From Burkholderiales bacterium (lineage in GTDB: Bacteria; Pseudomonadota; Gammaproteobacteria; Burkholderiales; SG8-41), in contig DATBMB010000116.1 of assembly GCA_036555035.1 (NCBI GenBank), forward strand, positions 3,346 through 67,345: a stretch of DNA of 64,000 nucleotides. The letters run 5' to 3'. Each line of letters begins with the position of its first letter. The first letter of the stretch is position 1. Shown one piece after another: positions 1-10,251 of the stretch. Both the position numbers and the translations under genes were made by a program. The notes under the pieces were generated by a model. That model was not told the origin of the DNA, searched no databases, and saw only the letters and a program-made list of their open reading frames with translations.

Positions 1-552
1 GATCACGATGCGCCCGCCGGCCGCACCCATCTTCTTCTCGACCAGCATGCCGTCCACCGCCGCGTGCGCCGCGCCCGCATCCATCGCCACCACCACGCCC
101 TTGCCGGCGGAGAGCCCGTCGGCCTTGACGACGACGGGCGCGCCGTGCTTCTCCAGGTAGGCGTGCGCCGGCGCCGGCTCGCTGAACGCCGCGTGCGCCG
201 CGCTCGGTATGCCCTGGCGCTGCATGAAGGTCTTGGCGAACTCCTTGGAGCTCTCCAGCCGCGCGGCGTCCTGCGTCGGGCCGAAGATCTTGAGTCCCGC
301 CGCGCGGAAGGCGTCGACGACGCCCTCGGCTAGCGGCGCTTCCGGCCCGACCAGGGTGAACGCCACGCCTTCCCGGCGCGCGAGCTCCAGCCACTCGGGT
401 ATCGAGGCGGCCGGCGCATTGGCGAGCCCTTCCTCGCGCGCGGTGCCGGCGTTGCCGGGTGCGACCAGCACCCGCGAGATGCGCGGAGAGCACGCGAGCT
501 TCCATGCCAGCGCGTGCTCGCGCCCCCCGGAGCCGATGACGAGCAGCTTCAT
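1..552 (-). CDS. purD: phosphoribosylamine--glycine ligase PurD, N-terminal 184 codons (3' end runs off the window)
   Basis: My reverse translation from the ATG at 552-550 gives MKLLVIGSGGREHALAWKLACSPRISRVLVAPGNAGTA..., a PurD N-terminus. The frame stays open to position 1. It is absent from the ORF track because there is no stop in the window. It follows purH by 17 nt. Confidence 0.9.
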   Translation of the reverse strand, partial: MKLLVIGSGGREHALAWKLACSPRISRVLVAPGNAGTAREEGLANAPAASIPEWLELARREGVAFTLVGPEAPLAEGVVDAFRAAGLKIFGPTQDAARLESSKEFAKTFMQRQGIPSAAHAAFSEPAPAHAYLEKHGAPVVVKADGLSAGKGVVVAMDAGAAHAAVDGMLVEKKMGAAGGRIVI

Positions 553-568
553 GAGGAGGCAGTTCGGC

Positions 569-2131
569 TCAGTGCCGGAAGTGGCGGAAGCCGGTGAACA
601 CCATGGCGATGCCGTGCCCGTCGGCGGCGGCGATCACCTCGTCGTCGCGCAGGCTGCCACCGGGCTGGATGATCGCGCGCGCGCCCGCCTGCGCCACCAC
701 GTCCACGCCGTCGCGGAACGGGAAGAAGGCGTCCGAGGCGACCACCGACCCGCGCAGGTCGAGGCCCGCGCTCTGGGCCTTCAACACGGCGATGCGCGCG
801 GCGTCCACGCGGCTCATCTGTCCCGCGCCCACCCCGAGGGTGCGGCCGCCGCCGCAAAACACGATGGCGTTCGACTTCACGAACCGTGCGACCGTCCACG
901 CGAACAGGAGGTCGGCGGTCTGCGCCTCGCTCGGGCGCGTCCGGGTGACGGTCTTCAGGTCTCGCGCCTCGATGCCGGCGGTGTCCGGCGTCTGCACCAG
1001 CAGGCCTCCGCCCACGCGCTTGAAGTCGTAGTCGTTGGCGCCGGCGCCGGGCGGCACCTCGAGCACCCGGATGTTGGCCTTGCCCGCCAGCACCCGCGCC
1101 GCTTCCGCGCCGATCACCGGGGCGATCACCACTTCCACGAACTGCTGCGCGACGGCCTGCGCCGCGGCGGCGTCGAGCTCGCGGTTGAAGGCAACAATGC
1201 CACCGAAAGCCGAGGTGGGATCCGTTGCGAGCGCTTTGCCCCAGGCCTCGGCGAGGTTTGCCCCGCGCGCCGCCCCGCAGGGATTGGCGTGCTTGACGAT
1301 GACGCATGCCGGCCCGGAGAAGCTCTTCACGCATTCCCACGCGGCATCGGCGTCCGCGATGTTGTTGTAGGAGAGCTCCTTGCCCTGCAGCTGGCGGTAG
1401 GCGCCGAGGCTGCCCGGCGGGGGCTGAAGCTCGCGATAGAACGCCCCCTCCTGGTGCGGGTTTTCCCCATAGCGCAGCGGCTGCGCGCGCTCGAACTGCA
1501 GGTTCAGGCGCCGCGGGAAGCGTTCGCGGCCGCCCGCGCCGTCGAGCGCGGTGAGGTAGTTGCTGATCGCCCCGTCGTACTGGGCGGTGTGGGAGAACGC
1601 CTTCTGCGCCAGGGCGAGCCGGGTCGCGGCGCCGAGAGCACCGGCGGCGGATTCCATCTCCTTCAGCACTCCGTCGTAGTCGGCCGGATCGGTCACCACC
1701 GCCACGTGCTCGTAGTTCTTGGCGGCGCTTCGCAGCAGGGCCGGGCCGCCGATGTCGATGTTCTCGATCGCCTGCTCGAGGGTGCACTCGGCGCGAGCCA
1801 CCGTCGCGCCGAAGGGATAGAGATTGACGACCACCAGGTCGATCGGCGGGATCGCCGCCTGCTGCAGCGCGGCGAGGTGCCCGGGCACATCGCGCCGGGC
1901 GAGGATACCGGCATGGACCTTCGGGTGGAGCGTCTTAACCCGTCCGTCGAGCAGCTCGGGGAAGCCGGTGTAGTCGGCGATCTCGGTCACCTTGAGGCCG
2001 CCCTCCCTCAGCAGCCGGGCGGTGCCGCCGGTGGAGAGCAGCGTCACGCCGAAGCGGGCGAGCCCGCGCGCGAATTCGGCGATCCCGGTCTTGTCCGAGA
2101 CGCTCAGCAGCGCCTGCTTGATGACGGCCAT
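569..2131 (-). CDS. purH: bifunctional AICAR transformylase / IMP cyclohydrolase PurH
   Basis: ORF track 569..2263 (-). The conserved product begins at the 45th codon ([24 protein letters not shown]...) and ends ...[11 protein letters not shown]. The 44 upstream codons are Arg/Pro-rich read-through over fis. Confidence 0.93.
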   Translation of the reverse strand: MAVIKQALLSVSDKTGIAEFARGLARFGVTLLSTGGTARLLREGGLKVTEIADYTGFPELLDGRVKTLHPKVHAGILARRDVPGHLAALQQAAIPPIDLVVVNLYPFGATVARAECTLEQAIENIDIGGPALLRSAAKNYEHVAVVTDPADYDGVLKEMESAAGALGAATRLALAQKAFSHTAQYDGAISNYLTALDGAGGRERFPRRLNLQFERAQPLRYGENPHQEGAFYRELQPPPGSLGAYRQLQGKELSYNNIADADAAWECVKSFSGPACVIVKHANPCGAARGANLAEAWGKALATDPTSAFGGIVAFNRELDAAAAQAVAQQFVEVVIAPVIGAEAARVLAGKANIRVLEVPPGAGANDYDFKRVGGGLLVQTPDTAGIEARDLKTVTRTRPSEAQTADLLFAWTVARFVKSNAIVFCGGGRTLGVGAGQMSRVDAARIAVLKAQSAGLDLRGSVVASDAFFPFRDGVDVVAQAGARAIIQPGGSLRDDEVIAAADGHGIAMVFTGFRHFRH

Positions 2132-2370
2132 CAGAACTTGATGCCGTGCGTCCTCATCTTCTTGCGCAGGGTGTTGCGGTTGATGCCCAGCATCTGCGCG
2201 GCGTGGGACTGGTTGCCGCGCACGCGGTGCAGCACGCTCTCGAGCAGCGGCTTCTCCACGCAATGGATGACCATGTCATAGACCGCGGAGGGTTTTTCCC
2301 CGTCGAGATCCCTGAAATAGCCCTCGATCGCGCGGCGCACCATGCGCGCCATCTCATTTTCATTCATCAT
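2131..2370 (-). CDS. fis: DNA-binding protein Fis
   Basis: 79-aa ORF with the C-terminal helix-turn-helix [28 protein letters not shown]. Its ATG overlaps the dusB stop (ATGA). dusB-fis synteny supports the call. Confidence 0.93.
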   Translation of the reverse strand: MMNENEMARMVRRAIEGYFRDLDGEKPSAVYDMVIHCVEKPLLESVLHRVRGNQSHAAQMLGINRNTLRKKMRTHGIKF

Positions 2371-3428
2371 GCTGCGAGTTCCTCGGCATAGGTCAGGCGC
2401 CGCCCGCGGCTGGCGAGCTGCGCGAAGAAGTCGTTCACCGCGGCAAGCTGCTCGCCGCGGGTCTCGAGCTGGTTCATGGCGTGGCGGAACGCCGCGGAGC
2501 CGGCCAGGCCCTTGGTGTACCAGGAGATATGCTTGCGGGCGACGCGCACCCCGGTGTGCTCGCCGTAGAAGGCGTAGAGGTCCTCGAGGTGCGCCACCAG
2601 CACGCGGTGAATCTCCGCCACTTCGGGCGGGGCGAGCCGCTCGCCGGTCGCGAGGTAGTGCAGGATCTCACGGAACATCCACGGCCGGCCCTGGGCGGCG
2701 CGCCCGATCATGACCGCGTCCGCCCGGGTGTAGTCGAGCACCTGCTTCACCTGCTCGGGCGTCGCGATGTCGCCGTTGGCGATCACCGGAACCTTCACTT
2801 CCGCCTTGACCGCGGCGATGGTGTCGTACTCGGCCTCGCCGGAGAAGCCGCAGGCGCGGGTGCGGCCGTGGATGGCGAGCGCCTGGATGCCGGCTGCCTC
2901 CGCGATCTTGGCCACCCGCAGGGCATTGCGGCTCGCGCGGTCCCAGCCGGTGCGGATCTTCAGCGTGACCGGCACCCGAACCGCTGCGACCACCGCGCCC
3001 AGGATGTAACCGACCAGGGGCTCGTCCTTCAGCAGCGCCGAGCCGGCCATGACGTTGCAGACCTTCTTCGCCGGGCAGCCCATGTTGATGTCGATGATCT
3101 GGGCGCCCTGGTCGACGTTGTAGCGCGCCGCATCCGCCAGCATCCGGGGGTCTGCGCCGGCGATCTGCACCGCGATCGGGTCGACCTCGCCCTCGTGGTC
3201 GGCGCGCCGGCGCGTCTTCTCCGAGCCCCACAGCAGGGAGTTGCTCGCCACCATCTCCGAGACGGCCATGCCCGCTCCCATGGTCTTGCACAGCTGGCGG
3301 AACGGGCGGTCGGTGACCCCCGCCATCGGCGCGACGATGAGATTGTTCTTCAGCTTGAACGGGCCGATGTGCATCGCGCGTGCCGGGTCCGCGGTTTTCG
3401 TCGTGTCGGGAGCGGGGAAGGGCGTCAT
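2367..3428 (-). CDS. dusB: tRNA-dihydrouridine synthase B
   Basis: 353-aa ORF with Dus motifs (APMAGVTDRPFR, DINMGCPAKKV, IHGRTRAC). An alternative start at Met19 (3374, MHIGPFKLKN...) aligns with the E. coli DusB N-terminus as I recall it. Confidence 0.9.
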   Translation of the reverse strand: MTPFPAPDTTKTADPARAMHIGPFKLKNNLIVAPMAGVTDRPFRQLCKTMGAGMAVSEMVASNSLLWGSEKTRRRADHEGEVDPIAVQIAGADPRMLADAARYNVDQGAQIIDINMGCPAKKVCNVMAGSALLKDEPLVGYILGAVVAAVRVPVTLKIRTGWDRASRNALRVAKIAEAAGIQALAIHGRTRACGFSGEAEYDTIAAVKAEVKVPVIANGDIATPEQVKQVLDYTRADAVMIGRAAQGRPWMFREILHYLATGERLAPPEVAEIHRVLVAHLEDLYAFYGEHTGVRVARKHISWYTKGLAGSAAFRHAMNQLETRGEQLAAVNDFFAQLASRGRRLTYAEELAA

Positions 3429-3676
3429 TGTAATGGTTCACCACGCGCAAGAGAAGAAATTTCTGCATTTTTTTCGAGCGGTGTTGCAACGAGCGCACCA
3501 GCGTCGCGCGCGGCGCAGTGGCGCGGTCGATCCACGAGGCGAAGTAAGCACTTATTCGAAAATTTTCGCGCAGTGCTTAGGCGAAGCGGCGCAAGTTGTC
3601 GTGCGCGGGCGACGCAAATGCGCGAAAATTTCCCGCGCGCTGCGCCGCGCTGCAGTCAAGTTCTTGAATTTCCGGG

Positions 3677-4822
3677 CTAGCCGCGCGCGCCGAAGATCAT
3701 GCGTCGCACGAGAAAGTCCCGGGCGGGCGGGAAAGCGCCGAGCGCCGCGAGGCCCAGGCCGCGCGCAAGCCTCAATAGCGCGAGGTCGTTGGAGAAGAGG
3801 CGTACCAGCGAATCCGTGAAAAAAATCCCGCCGCCGCGGTCGAGCCGGCGCCGGGCCGCGTAGGTCCGGAGGAGCTCCGGCCCGCCGATATCCGCCGGAT
3901 TGCAGTCCCGCACCAATGCTGCGAGCTCCCAGGCGTCGCGCAGCCCGAGATTGAGACCCTGCCCGGCGACCGGATGCAGCGTCTGGGCAGCGTTGCCGAC
4001 CACGACCGTGCGCGGTTCCGCAATATGGGCTGCGATCTTCAGGACGAGCGGAACCCACGCGCGCGCCGTGGCAGCGAGAAAGCGCCCGAGCCGGTTCCCG
4101 AAGCCCGACTGCAGCCGCTGCAGAAATTCGGCCTCGGTCAGCGCGCACAACTGCTGTGCGTGGTCCGGCGCGGTCGTCCAGATCAGGGCGAGCGCCTCGC
4201 CCGTGGGCAACAGGGCGAGCGGCCCTTCGGGGGCAAAGCGCTCGTAGGCGACGTTTTGGTGCGGCGCCTCGCACGTCACGCGGGCGGTCACAGCGGCCTG
4301 GCCGTAATCGCGGATGCGCGCCCCCGCGGCGGGCAGAGCGCCCCCATCAGCCACGGCGAGCAATCTCGCGCTGGCGCGACCGGCGCCGGTGCCGGAGGAA
4401 AAACGCACGGCCGCCGCGTCGCTTCCCGCCTCGAGCGCGCCGGCCGCGGCCTGGATCCGGTCCACGCCGCCTGCGCTGTCCAGTGCGCCGGCGAGCGCCG
4501 CGGCGAGCGTCCCGTAATCCATCACGTAGCCGAGCGCCGGCACGCGCGCCTCCCGCGCGTCGAGCATGGCTTGTCCAAAGGCGCCGCGCTGGGAAACGTG
4601 GATGCGCTCGATGGGGGTCGCGCCCTTGAGTCCGTCCCAGACGCCGAGCCGCTCCAGTATCAGGCGGCTGCCGTGCGAAAGCGCGATCGGGCGCGCATCC
4701 GCCGCGGCGGGCGCGGCCCGCGCCTCGAGCTGCCCGACCGCAAGGCCCGCCCCGCGCAGGGCGAGCGCGAGGGCGGCGCCGACGGGCCCGCCGCCCACGA
4801 TCAGGACATCGTAGTCAGCCAT
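3677..4822 (-). CDS. ubiH: UbiH/UbiF/VisC-family FAD-dependent ubiquinone-biosynthesis monooxygenase
   Basis: ORF 3677..4870 (-). I chose the start at MADYDVLIVGGGPVGAALA (Rossmann GxGxxG). It overlaps the pepP stop by 8 nt, and pepP-ubiH synteny is classical. Which paralogue it is remains uncertain. Confidence 0.75.
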   Translation of the reverse strand: MADYDVLIVGGGPVGAALALALRGAGLAVGQLEARAAPAAADARPIALSHGSRLILERLGVWDGLKGATPIERIHVSQRGAFGQAMLDAREARVPALGYVMDYGTLAAALAGALDSAGGVDRIQAAAGALEAGSDAAAVRFSSGTGAGRASARLLAVADGGALPAAGARIRDYGQAAVTARVTCEAPHQNVAYERFAPEGPLALLPTGEALALIWTTAPDHAQQLCALTEAEFLQRLQSGFGNRLGRFLAATARAWVPLVLKIAAHIAEPRTVVVGNAAQTLHPVAGQGLNLGLRDAWELAALVRDCNPADIGGPELLRTYAARRRLDRGGGIFFTDSLVRLFSNDLALLRLARGLGLAALGAFPPARDFLVRRMIFGARG

Positions 4823-6134
4823 CGCGCGCGCCGATCCATGCCTCGATGTCGGCCGCGCCCTTGGGGGCATCGCGCGTCAGCACCTCGGCCCCGGTCTCCG
4901 TCACCAGCACGTCGTCCTCGATGCGCACCCCGATGCCGGACAGGCGCTCGGGGACGCCCTCGCCGGCCCGGATGTAGCAGCCCGGCTCCACGGTCAGCAC
5001 CATGCCCGGGGCAAGCGTGCGCCAGTCCCCCCGGCGCTTGTAGTCGCCGGCGTCGTGCACGTCGAGCCCGAGCCAGTGCCCGGTGCGATGCATGTAGAAC
5101 TTCTTGTAGGCCTCGGTCTCCACGACCTCTGCGAGCCCGCCGATCACCAGCTTCAGGTCGATCATGCCCTGGGCCAGCACCTCGACCGCCGCGCGATGCG
5201 GGGCATCCCACGGCACGCCCGGCTTGACCGCGGCGATGGCCGCACCCTGGGCCGCCAGCACCAGCTCGTAGACCTCGCGCTGGGGCCCGCTGAAGCGCCC
5301 GTTTACCGGGAAGGTGCGCGTGAGATCGGCTGCGTAGCCGTCGAGCTCGCAGCCGGCGTCGATCAGCAGCAGCTCGCCCTGCCCCAGCACGCCGTCGTTC
5401 TGCACGTAATGCAGCACGCAGGCGCGCTCGCCGGAGGCGACGATCGGGGTGTACGCGGGAGCCTGAGCGCCGTGGCGCCGGAACTCGTGCAGCAGCTCCG
5501 CCTCGATCTCGTATTCGGCCCGGCCGGGCCGCGCCGCGCGCATGGCGCGGCGGTGCGCGCCGGCGGATATCGCCGCCGCCCGCCGCATGACGGCGAGCTC
5601 CTCGGGTCCCTTGACGAGCCGCATCTCGTCGAGCAGCGCGTGCACGTCCTTGACCGCGCGCGGGGCCGCAACGCCGGCGCGCGCCCGCTCGCGCACGCCA
5701 TTGATCCAGCCCGTGACGCGCGCGTCCCACGCCGAGTCGGCTCCGAGATGGCAGTAGAGCGCCTCGCGGTCGGCGATCAATTCCGCCATCCGCGCGTCGA
5801 GCTCGGCGATCGGGTGCGCTTCGTCGAAGCCGAAGGCCGCACGCGCCGCCTCCGGGCCGAAGCGGAAGCCGTCCCAGATCTCCCGGTCCGGATCCTTCTC
5901 GCGGCAGAAGAGGATGCTCTTCGGCGCGCCACCCGCGACGATCGCGAGCGCGGCGCCGGGCTCCCGGAAACCGCTGAGGTAATAGAAGTAGCTGTCGAAG
6001 CGATAGGGATAGTGCGCGTCGCGGTTGCGCGTGCGCTCCGGCGCGGTCGGGATGATCGCAACGCCCTCCTGCATCGCGGCGGCGAGCCGTGCGCGCCGCC
6101 GCTGATAGACGCCGATGTCGATGCCCGTTGCCAT
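4815..6134 (-). CDS. pepP: Xaa-Pro aminopeptidase PepP
   Basis: ORF 4815..6323 (-). The conserved product starts at the 64th codon (MATGIDIGVYQRRRARL...). It carries the HYPYRFDSYFYYLSGF and HRTGHWLGLDVHD M24B metallopeptidase motifs. Confidence 0.9.
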   Translation of the reverse strand: MATGIDIGVYQRRRARLAAAMQEGVAIIPTAPERTRNRDAHYPYRFDSYFYYLSGFREPGAALAIVAGGAPKSILFCREKDPDREIWDGFRFGPEAARAAFGFDEAHPIAELDARMAELIADREALYCHLGADSAWDARVTGWINGVRERARAGVAAPRAVKDVHALLDEMRLVKGPEELAVMRRAAAISAGAHRRAMRAARPGRAEYEIEAELLHEFRRHGAQAPAYTPIVASGERACVLHYVQNDGVLGQGELLLIDAGCELDGYAADLTRTFPVNGRFSGPQREVYELVLAAQGAAIAAVKPGVPWDAPHRAAVEVLAQGMIDLKLVIGGLAEVVETEAYKKFYMHRTGHWLGLDVHDAGDYKRRGDWRTLAPGMVLTVEPGCYIRAGEGVPERLSGIGVRIEDDVLVTETGAEVLTRDAPKGAADIEAWIGARDG

Positions 6135-6178
6135 GGCTGAAATTATACGGCGCGGCCGCGCCGCTGCCCCCGACCCGC

Positions 6179-6871
6179 CTAGCGGTTGCGTCCTGCGGAC
6201 AGCGCGCGTTCGAGCGCCGCGAGGCGCTGCGGCGTGCCGATGTCCATCCACGTTCCGCCGTGACGCTCGCCGGTGACGAGCCCCCGCGCCATCGCGGGCC
6301 GCAGCAGCGTCACCAGCTGGCACCGGGCCCCGCGCGCGATCCCCGCAAACAAGGCGGGCGCATAGACGCCGATGCCGCTGAAGGTGAGACGCGCAGGACC
6401 CTCCCCCGACACCTTGCCGGAAGCGAGCGTGAAATCCCCCGCGGGGTGATGGGGCGGATTGTCGACGAGAACGAGGTGCGCCAGCGCGGCGCCGGAAGCG
6501 AGCTGGGCGGCCGGAGCGGCGAGGCGCGCAAAGTCGAAGTCGCAGAAGATGTCGCTGTTGACCACCAGGAAGGGGCCGTCCCCGAGCAGCGGCAGCGCGT
6601 AGGCGATGCCGCCGCCGGTTTCGAGCGGCTCGGCTTCGCGCGAGTAGACGATGCGCGCGCCATAGCGCGAGCCGTCGGCGAGCTCCCGCTCGATCATGTC
6701 CGCGAGGTGCGAAACGTTCACGACCAGCTCGTCATAGCCCGAGCGCGCGAGGCGCTCGATCAGGTGGGCAATGAGCGGGCGGCTGCCGGCCTGAAGCAGC
6801 GCCTTGGGGACGCGCTCCGTCAACGGGCGCATGCGCTCTCCGCGCCCGGCGGCGAGAATCATCGCTTTCAC
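6179..6871 (-). CDS. murU: nucleotidyltransferase, probable N-acetylmuramate alpha-1-phosphate uridylyltransferase MurU
   Basis: ORF 6179..6967 (-). A GTG start gives VKAMILAAGRGERMRPLT (sugar-phosphate nucleotidyltransferase G-loop); an alternative ATG lies at 6862. It sits directly downstream of the amgK-like kinase and divergent from lptD, as in the Pseudomonas MurNAc recycling pair. Confidence 0.7.
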   Translation of the reverse strand: MKAMILAAGRGERMRPLTERVPKALLQAGSRPLIAHLIERLARSGYDELVVNVSHLADMIERELADGSRYGARIVYSREAEPLETGGGIAYALPLLGDGPFLVVNSDIFCDFDFARLAAPAAQLASGAALAHLVLVDNPPHHPAGDFTLASGKVSGEGPARLTFSGIGVYAPALFAGIARGARCQLVTLLRPAMARGLVTGERHGGTWMDIGTPQRLAALERALSAGRNR

Positions 6872-6890
6872 GCGGCCCGGCCCGTGACGG

Positions 6891-7943
6891 CTATGCCCCG
6901 TTTCCGGTCGTGGCCGGCTCGCGGCTTTCGAGCGCCTCGAGCAGGCCCGCGAGCCCCGCGAGCTCACGGTAGCGGCCGGCCACCGCGCGTGCGTATCCGA
7001 GGAAGCGCGGCGCGTCCTGGAGATAGCCGCTCTTGCCGTCGCGGTAGTGGATGCGCGCGAAGATGCCGGCCACCTTCAGGTGGCGCTGCAGCCCCATCCA
7101 TTCGAAGTCGCGGTAGAACTCGCCGAAGTCGGGGCCGACCGGCAAGCCCCGCCGCTTCGCCTTCTCCCAGTAGCGCGCGGCCCAGTCGATGACGCGCCCC
7201 TCCTCCCAGCTCACGAAGGCGTCGCGCGTGAGCGACACCAGATCGTAGGTGATGGGGCCGTACACGGCGTCCTGGAAGTCGAGCACGCCCGGATTGGGTT
7301 CGCTCACCATGAGGTTGCGCGGCATGTAATCGCGATGCACGAACACCGCCGGTTGCGCAAGGCTGCGCGAGACGATGAGCGTAATCGCATCGGAGAGCGC
7401 CTGTCGCTGCGCGGCGGAGAGCTCGAGCGCGAGATGCCGTGCGAGGTACCACTCGGGAAACAGGTTGCACTCGCGCCGCAGGAGCGCCTCGTCGTAGGGC
7501 GGCAACTCCCCCGCGCGGCTCGCCAGCTGCCACTTGAGGAGCGCCTCGATCGCGTCGCCGAACAGCCGGTCCGCATTGGCGTCGTTCAGCGCGGAAAGAT
7601 ACGTGGTGTCGCCCAGGTCCGTGAGCAGCAGGAACCCCCGCGCGAGATCCTGCGCGATCACCTGCGGCGCGTTGACGCCCGCCGCCCGCAGCAGCGCCGC
7701 GACGTGCACGAAGGCGCGGCAGTCCTCGCGCTCCGGCGGCGCGTCCATCGCAATCCAGGAGCGCGCGTCGCCGAGCGTGACGCGAAAATAACGCCGGAAG
7801 CTCGCGTCCGCCGAGGCCGGTTTCAGATCGAGCGCATCGGTCCTCAACTGCGCGCCGAGCCAGCCGCGCAACGGCTCCAGTCGAGTGTCGATATCGGGCG
7901 GCAAGCCGATTGCCTTCAGCGGTGAATTGTGCGATTTTAGCAT
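6891..7943 (-). CDS. amgK: aminoglycoside-phosphotransferase-family kinase, probable MurNAc/GlcNAc anomeric kinase AmgK
   Basis: ORF 6891..8168 (-). The first plausible ATG is the 76th codon (MLKSHNSPLK...). A TTG at 7904, preceded by GAAGG, would give MPPDIDTRLEPLRGWL..., which may be the true N-terminus. APH-like motifs are present (FVHRDYMPRNLMV, VLDFQDAVYGP). Confidence 0.7.
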   Translation of the reverse strand: MLKSHNSPLKAIGLPPDIDTRLEPLRGWLGAQLRTDALDLKPASADASFRRYFRVTLGDARSWIAMDAPPEREDCRAFVHVAALLRAAGVNAPQVIAQDLARGFLLLTDLGDTTYLSALNDANADRLFGDAIEALLKWQLASRAGELPPYDEALLRRECNLFPEWYLARHLALELSAAQRQALSDAITLIVSRSLAQPAVFVHRDYMPRNLMVSEPNPGVLDFQDAVYGPITYDLVSLTRDAFVSWEEGRVIDWAARYWEKAKRRGLPVGPDFGEFYRDFEWMGLQRHLKVAGIFARIHYRDGKSGYLQDAPRFLGYARAVAGRYRELAGLAGLLEALESREPATTGNGA

Positions 7944-7965
7944 CACGCCGAACGGGCATTTTTCG

Positions 7966-10251
7966 ATGAAAAAACTGATAATTACGCGCTTGTTGCTGGC
8001 CCTCGGCTGCGCGCTGCCGCTCATCGTCCACGCGCAGCAGGGGCTGCGGCTGAAGTCGCAACCGGCGCTGCTCGTGATGCCGCCGGCGGTGGTCGATGAC
8101 CTGCCGCTCTTTTTCGACGCGGATCGGGTGCAGGGACACCAGGAAGGCGCCATCGAGGCCGAGGGCAACGTCCGCCTGCGCCGGCGCGGTCAGGCGGTCT
8201 CCGCGGACTGGCTGCACTATGACCGGCAGGTCGGCGAGGTCAGCGCGCACGGCAACGTGCGCATGCAGCGGGGCGCCGACGTGCTGGAAGGCGCGCGCCT
8301 GCGCTACAACCTCGACTCCGAGACCGGCTCCATGGAGCAGCCGGCCTACACGCTGCACAAGGGCGCCGTGCCCGGCGGCGGGCGGCAGCCGTTCGGGGAG
8401 CCGGACGCGCGCGGAAAGGCGGAGCGCATCCTGTTCGATGGCCCGGGGCAGTACCGCGCAGAGCGTGCGGCCTACACCACCTGCGGTCCCGGCAACGAGG
8501 ACTGGTACCTGCGCACCGGCGACCTGCAGATCGACAAGGATCGAAACGTCGGCGTCGCCCACCATGCGACCATCGAGTTTCTCGGCGTCCCGATCTTCTA
8601 TGCGCCCTACCTGTCGTTCCCGCTGCACCAGGAGCGCAAGTCCGGCTTCATCACGCCGCATTACGGCAGCTCCAACACGGGCGGCCTCGAGTTCACGATT
8701 CCCTATTTCTGGAACATCGCGCCCAACCGCGATGCCACGATCGCTCCGCGCATCATGACGCGGCGCGGCGTGCTGGTGGGCGGGGAGTTCCGCTATCTCG
8801 AGCCGACCTACCTCGGCGAAGCCCGCGGCGAGTACCTGCCCGACGACCGCGTCAAGGACGGGGAGAGGCGCTACGGCTACGCGCTCCGCCACGATCAGAC
8901 GCTGCCCGCAGGCTGGCTCGGGAGGATCAACCTGCAGCGCGTCTCGGACGACACCTACTTCACCGATCTCTCGACGCAGATCTCCAAGACCTCCCAGGTC
9001 CAGCTGCCGAACGATCTCACGCTCGGCGGCGGGGGAACCTGGGGAGCCGCCGGCGGCTACGGGCTCTCCGCTCTCGTCCAGCGCTGGCAAACGCTGCAGC
9101 CCGACCCCCTGCAGCCGGTGACGCCCGCGTACGACCGGCTGCCGCAGATCACGCTCACGGCGACGCGCCCGCAGGTGCTGCGCTCCGATTTCGATTTCTA
9201 CGGACAGTACACGACCTTCGACCATCAGACGCTGACTACCGGCAGCCGGCTGGTCGCCTATCCGAGCGTCAGCGTGCCGCTGCATACGCCGTACGCGTCG
9301 CTCACGCCCAAGCTCGGCGTCAACCTCACGCGCTATCTCATCGATACCAACAGCTCCGGATTCACCGACCAGGACCGGGCGGTTCCGATCTTCACCGCGG
9401 ATTCCAGCGTCGTGTTCGAGCGCTCGACCGAGTTCGCCGGCATTCCGCTGCTGCAGACCCTGGAGCCACGCCTCTACTATGTCTACATCCCGTTCCGCGA
9501 CCAGTCGACGATCCCGGTGTTCGATAGCGCCCAGCAGGACATCAACTTCGCGACGATCTATTCCGAGAACCAGTTCACCGGCTGGGACCGCATCAACGAC
9601 GCAAACCAGCTGACCTTCGGCATCACCTCGCGCTTCATCGGCACCGACACCGGCGCGGAACGCGTGCGGGCGGGCATCGCGCAGCGCTACTACTTTGAGC
9701 CCCAGCAGGTCACCCTGCCCGGTACGGTCGCGCGCACGAGCTCCCGTTCCGATCTCCTCGCTGCGGTGTCCGGGGCGGTGACGGCCCACTTGAGAGCCGA
9801 CGTGGGGCTGCAGTACAGCACCGATTTGTCCGAGACGCAGAAATTCAACGCCGGCGTGCGCTACCAGCCGGCGCCCGGCCGGGTGCTGAACCTCTCCTAC
9901 CGCGAGACGGTCAACACCCTGGAGCAGACGGACATCTCGACGCAATGGCCGCTGGGGCGGGGCTGGACCGGGCTCGCGCGCTGGAACTACTCGCTGCAGG
10001 ACAGCAAGACGCTCGAGGGCCTGCTCGGCGCGGAATACAATGCCGATTGCTGGAGCCTGCGCATGGTCGTGCACCGCTTCGCGACCACGACACAGCAGAC
10101 GTCCACCAACTTCTTTGTGCAGCTCGAACTGAACGGCATGTCGCGCATCGGCGCCAACCCCATGGAGACGCTGCGGCGCAATATCAGCGGCTATGCGAAG
10201 CTCGATCCCCGGTCCCCGAGGCCCGATGAACCCGGCGCTTCCTATTACTAG
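7966..10251 (+). CDS. lptD: LPS-assembly outer-membrane protein LptD
   Basis: ORF 7885..10251 (+). The start is placed at MKKLIITRLLLALGCALPLIVHA (signal peptide), giving a 761-aa OstA/LptD-like product. lptD-surA-pdxA-rsmA synteny supports the call. Confidence 0.92.
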   Translation: MKKLIITRLLLALGCALPLIVHAQQGLRLKSQPALLVMPPAVVDDLPLFFDADRVQGHQEGAIEAEGNVRLRRRGQAVSADWLHYDRQVGEVSAHGNVRMQRGADVLEGARLRYNLDSETGSMEQPAYTLHKGAVPGGGRQPFGEPDARGKAERILFDGPGQYRAERAAYTTCGPGNEDWYLRTGDLQIDKDRNVGVAHHATIEFLGVPIFYAPYLSFPLHQERKSGFITPHYGSSNTGGLEFTIPYFWNIAPNRDATIAPRIMTRRGVLVGGEFRYLEPTYLGEARGEYLPDDRVKDGERRYGYALRHDQTLPAGWLGRINLQRVSDDTYFTDLSTQISKTSQVQLPNDLTLGGGGTWGAAGGYGLSALVQRWQTLQPDPLQPVTPAYDRLPQITLTATRPQVLRSDFDFYGQYTTFDHQTLTTGSRLVAYPSVSVPLHTPYASLTPKLGVNLTRYLIDTNSSGFTDQDRAVPIFTADSSVVFERSTEFAGIPLLQTLEPRLYYVYIPFRDQSTIPVFDSAQQDINFATIYSENQFTGWDRINDANQLTFGITSRFIGTDTGAERVRAGIAQRYYFEPQQVTLPGTVARTSSRSDLLAAVSGAVTAHLRADVGLQYSTDLSETQKFNAGVRYQPAPGRVLNLSYRETVNTLEQTDISTQWPLGRGWTGLARWNYSLQDSKTLEGLLGAEYNADCWSLRMVVHRFATTTQQTSTNFFVQLELNGMSRIGANPMETLRRNISGYAKLDPRSPRPDEPGASYY

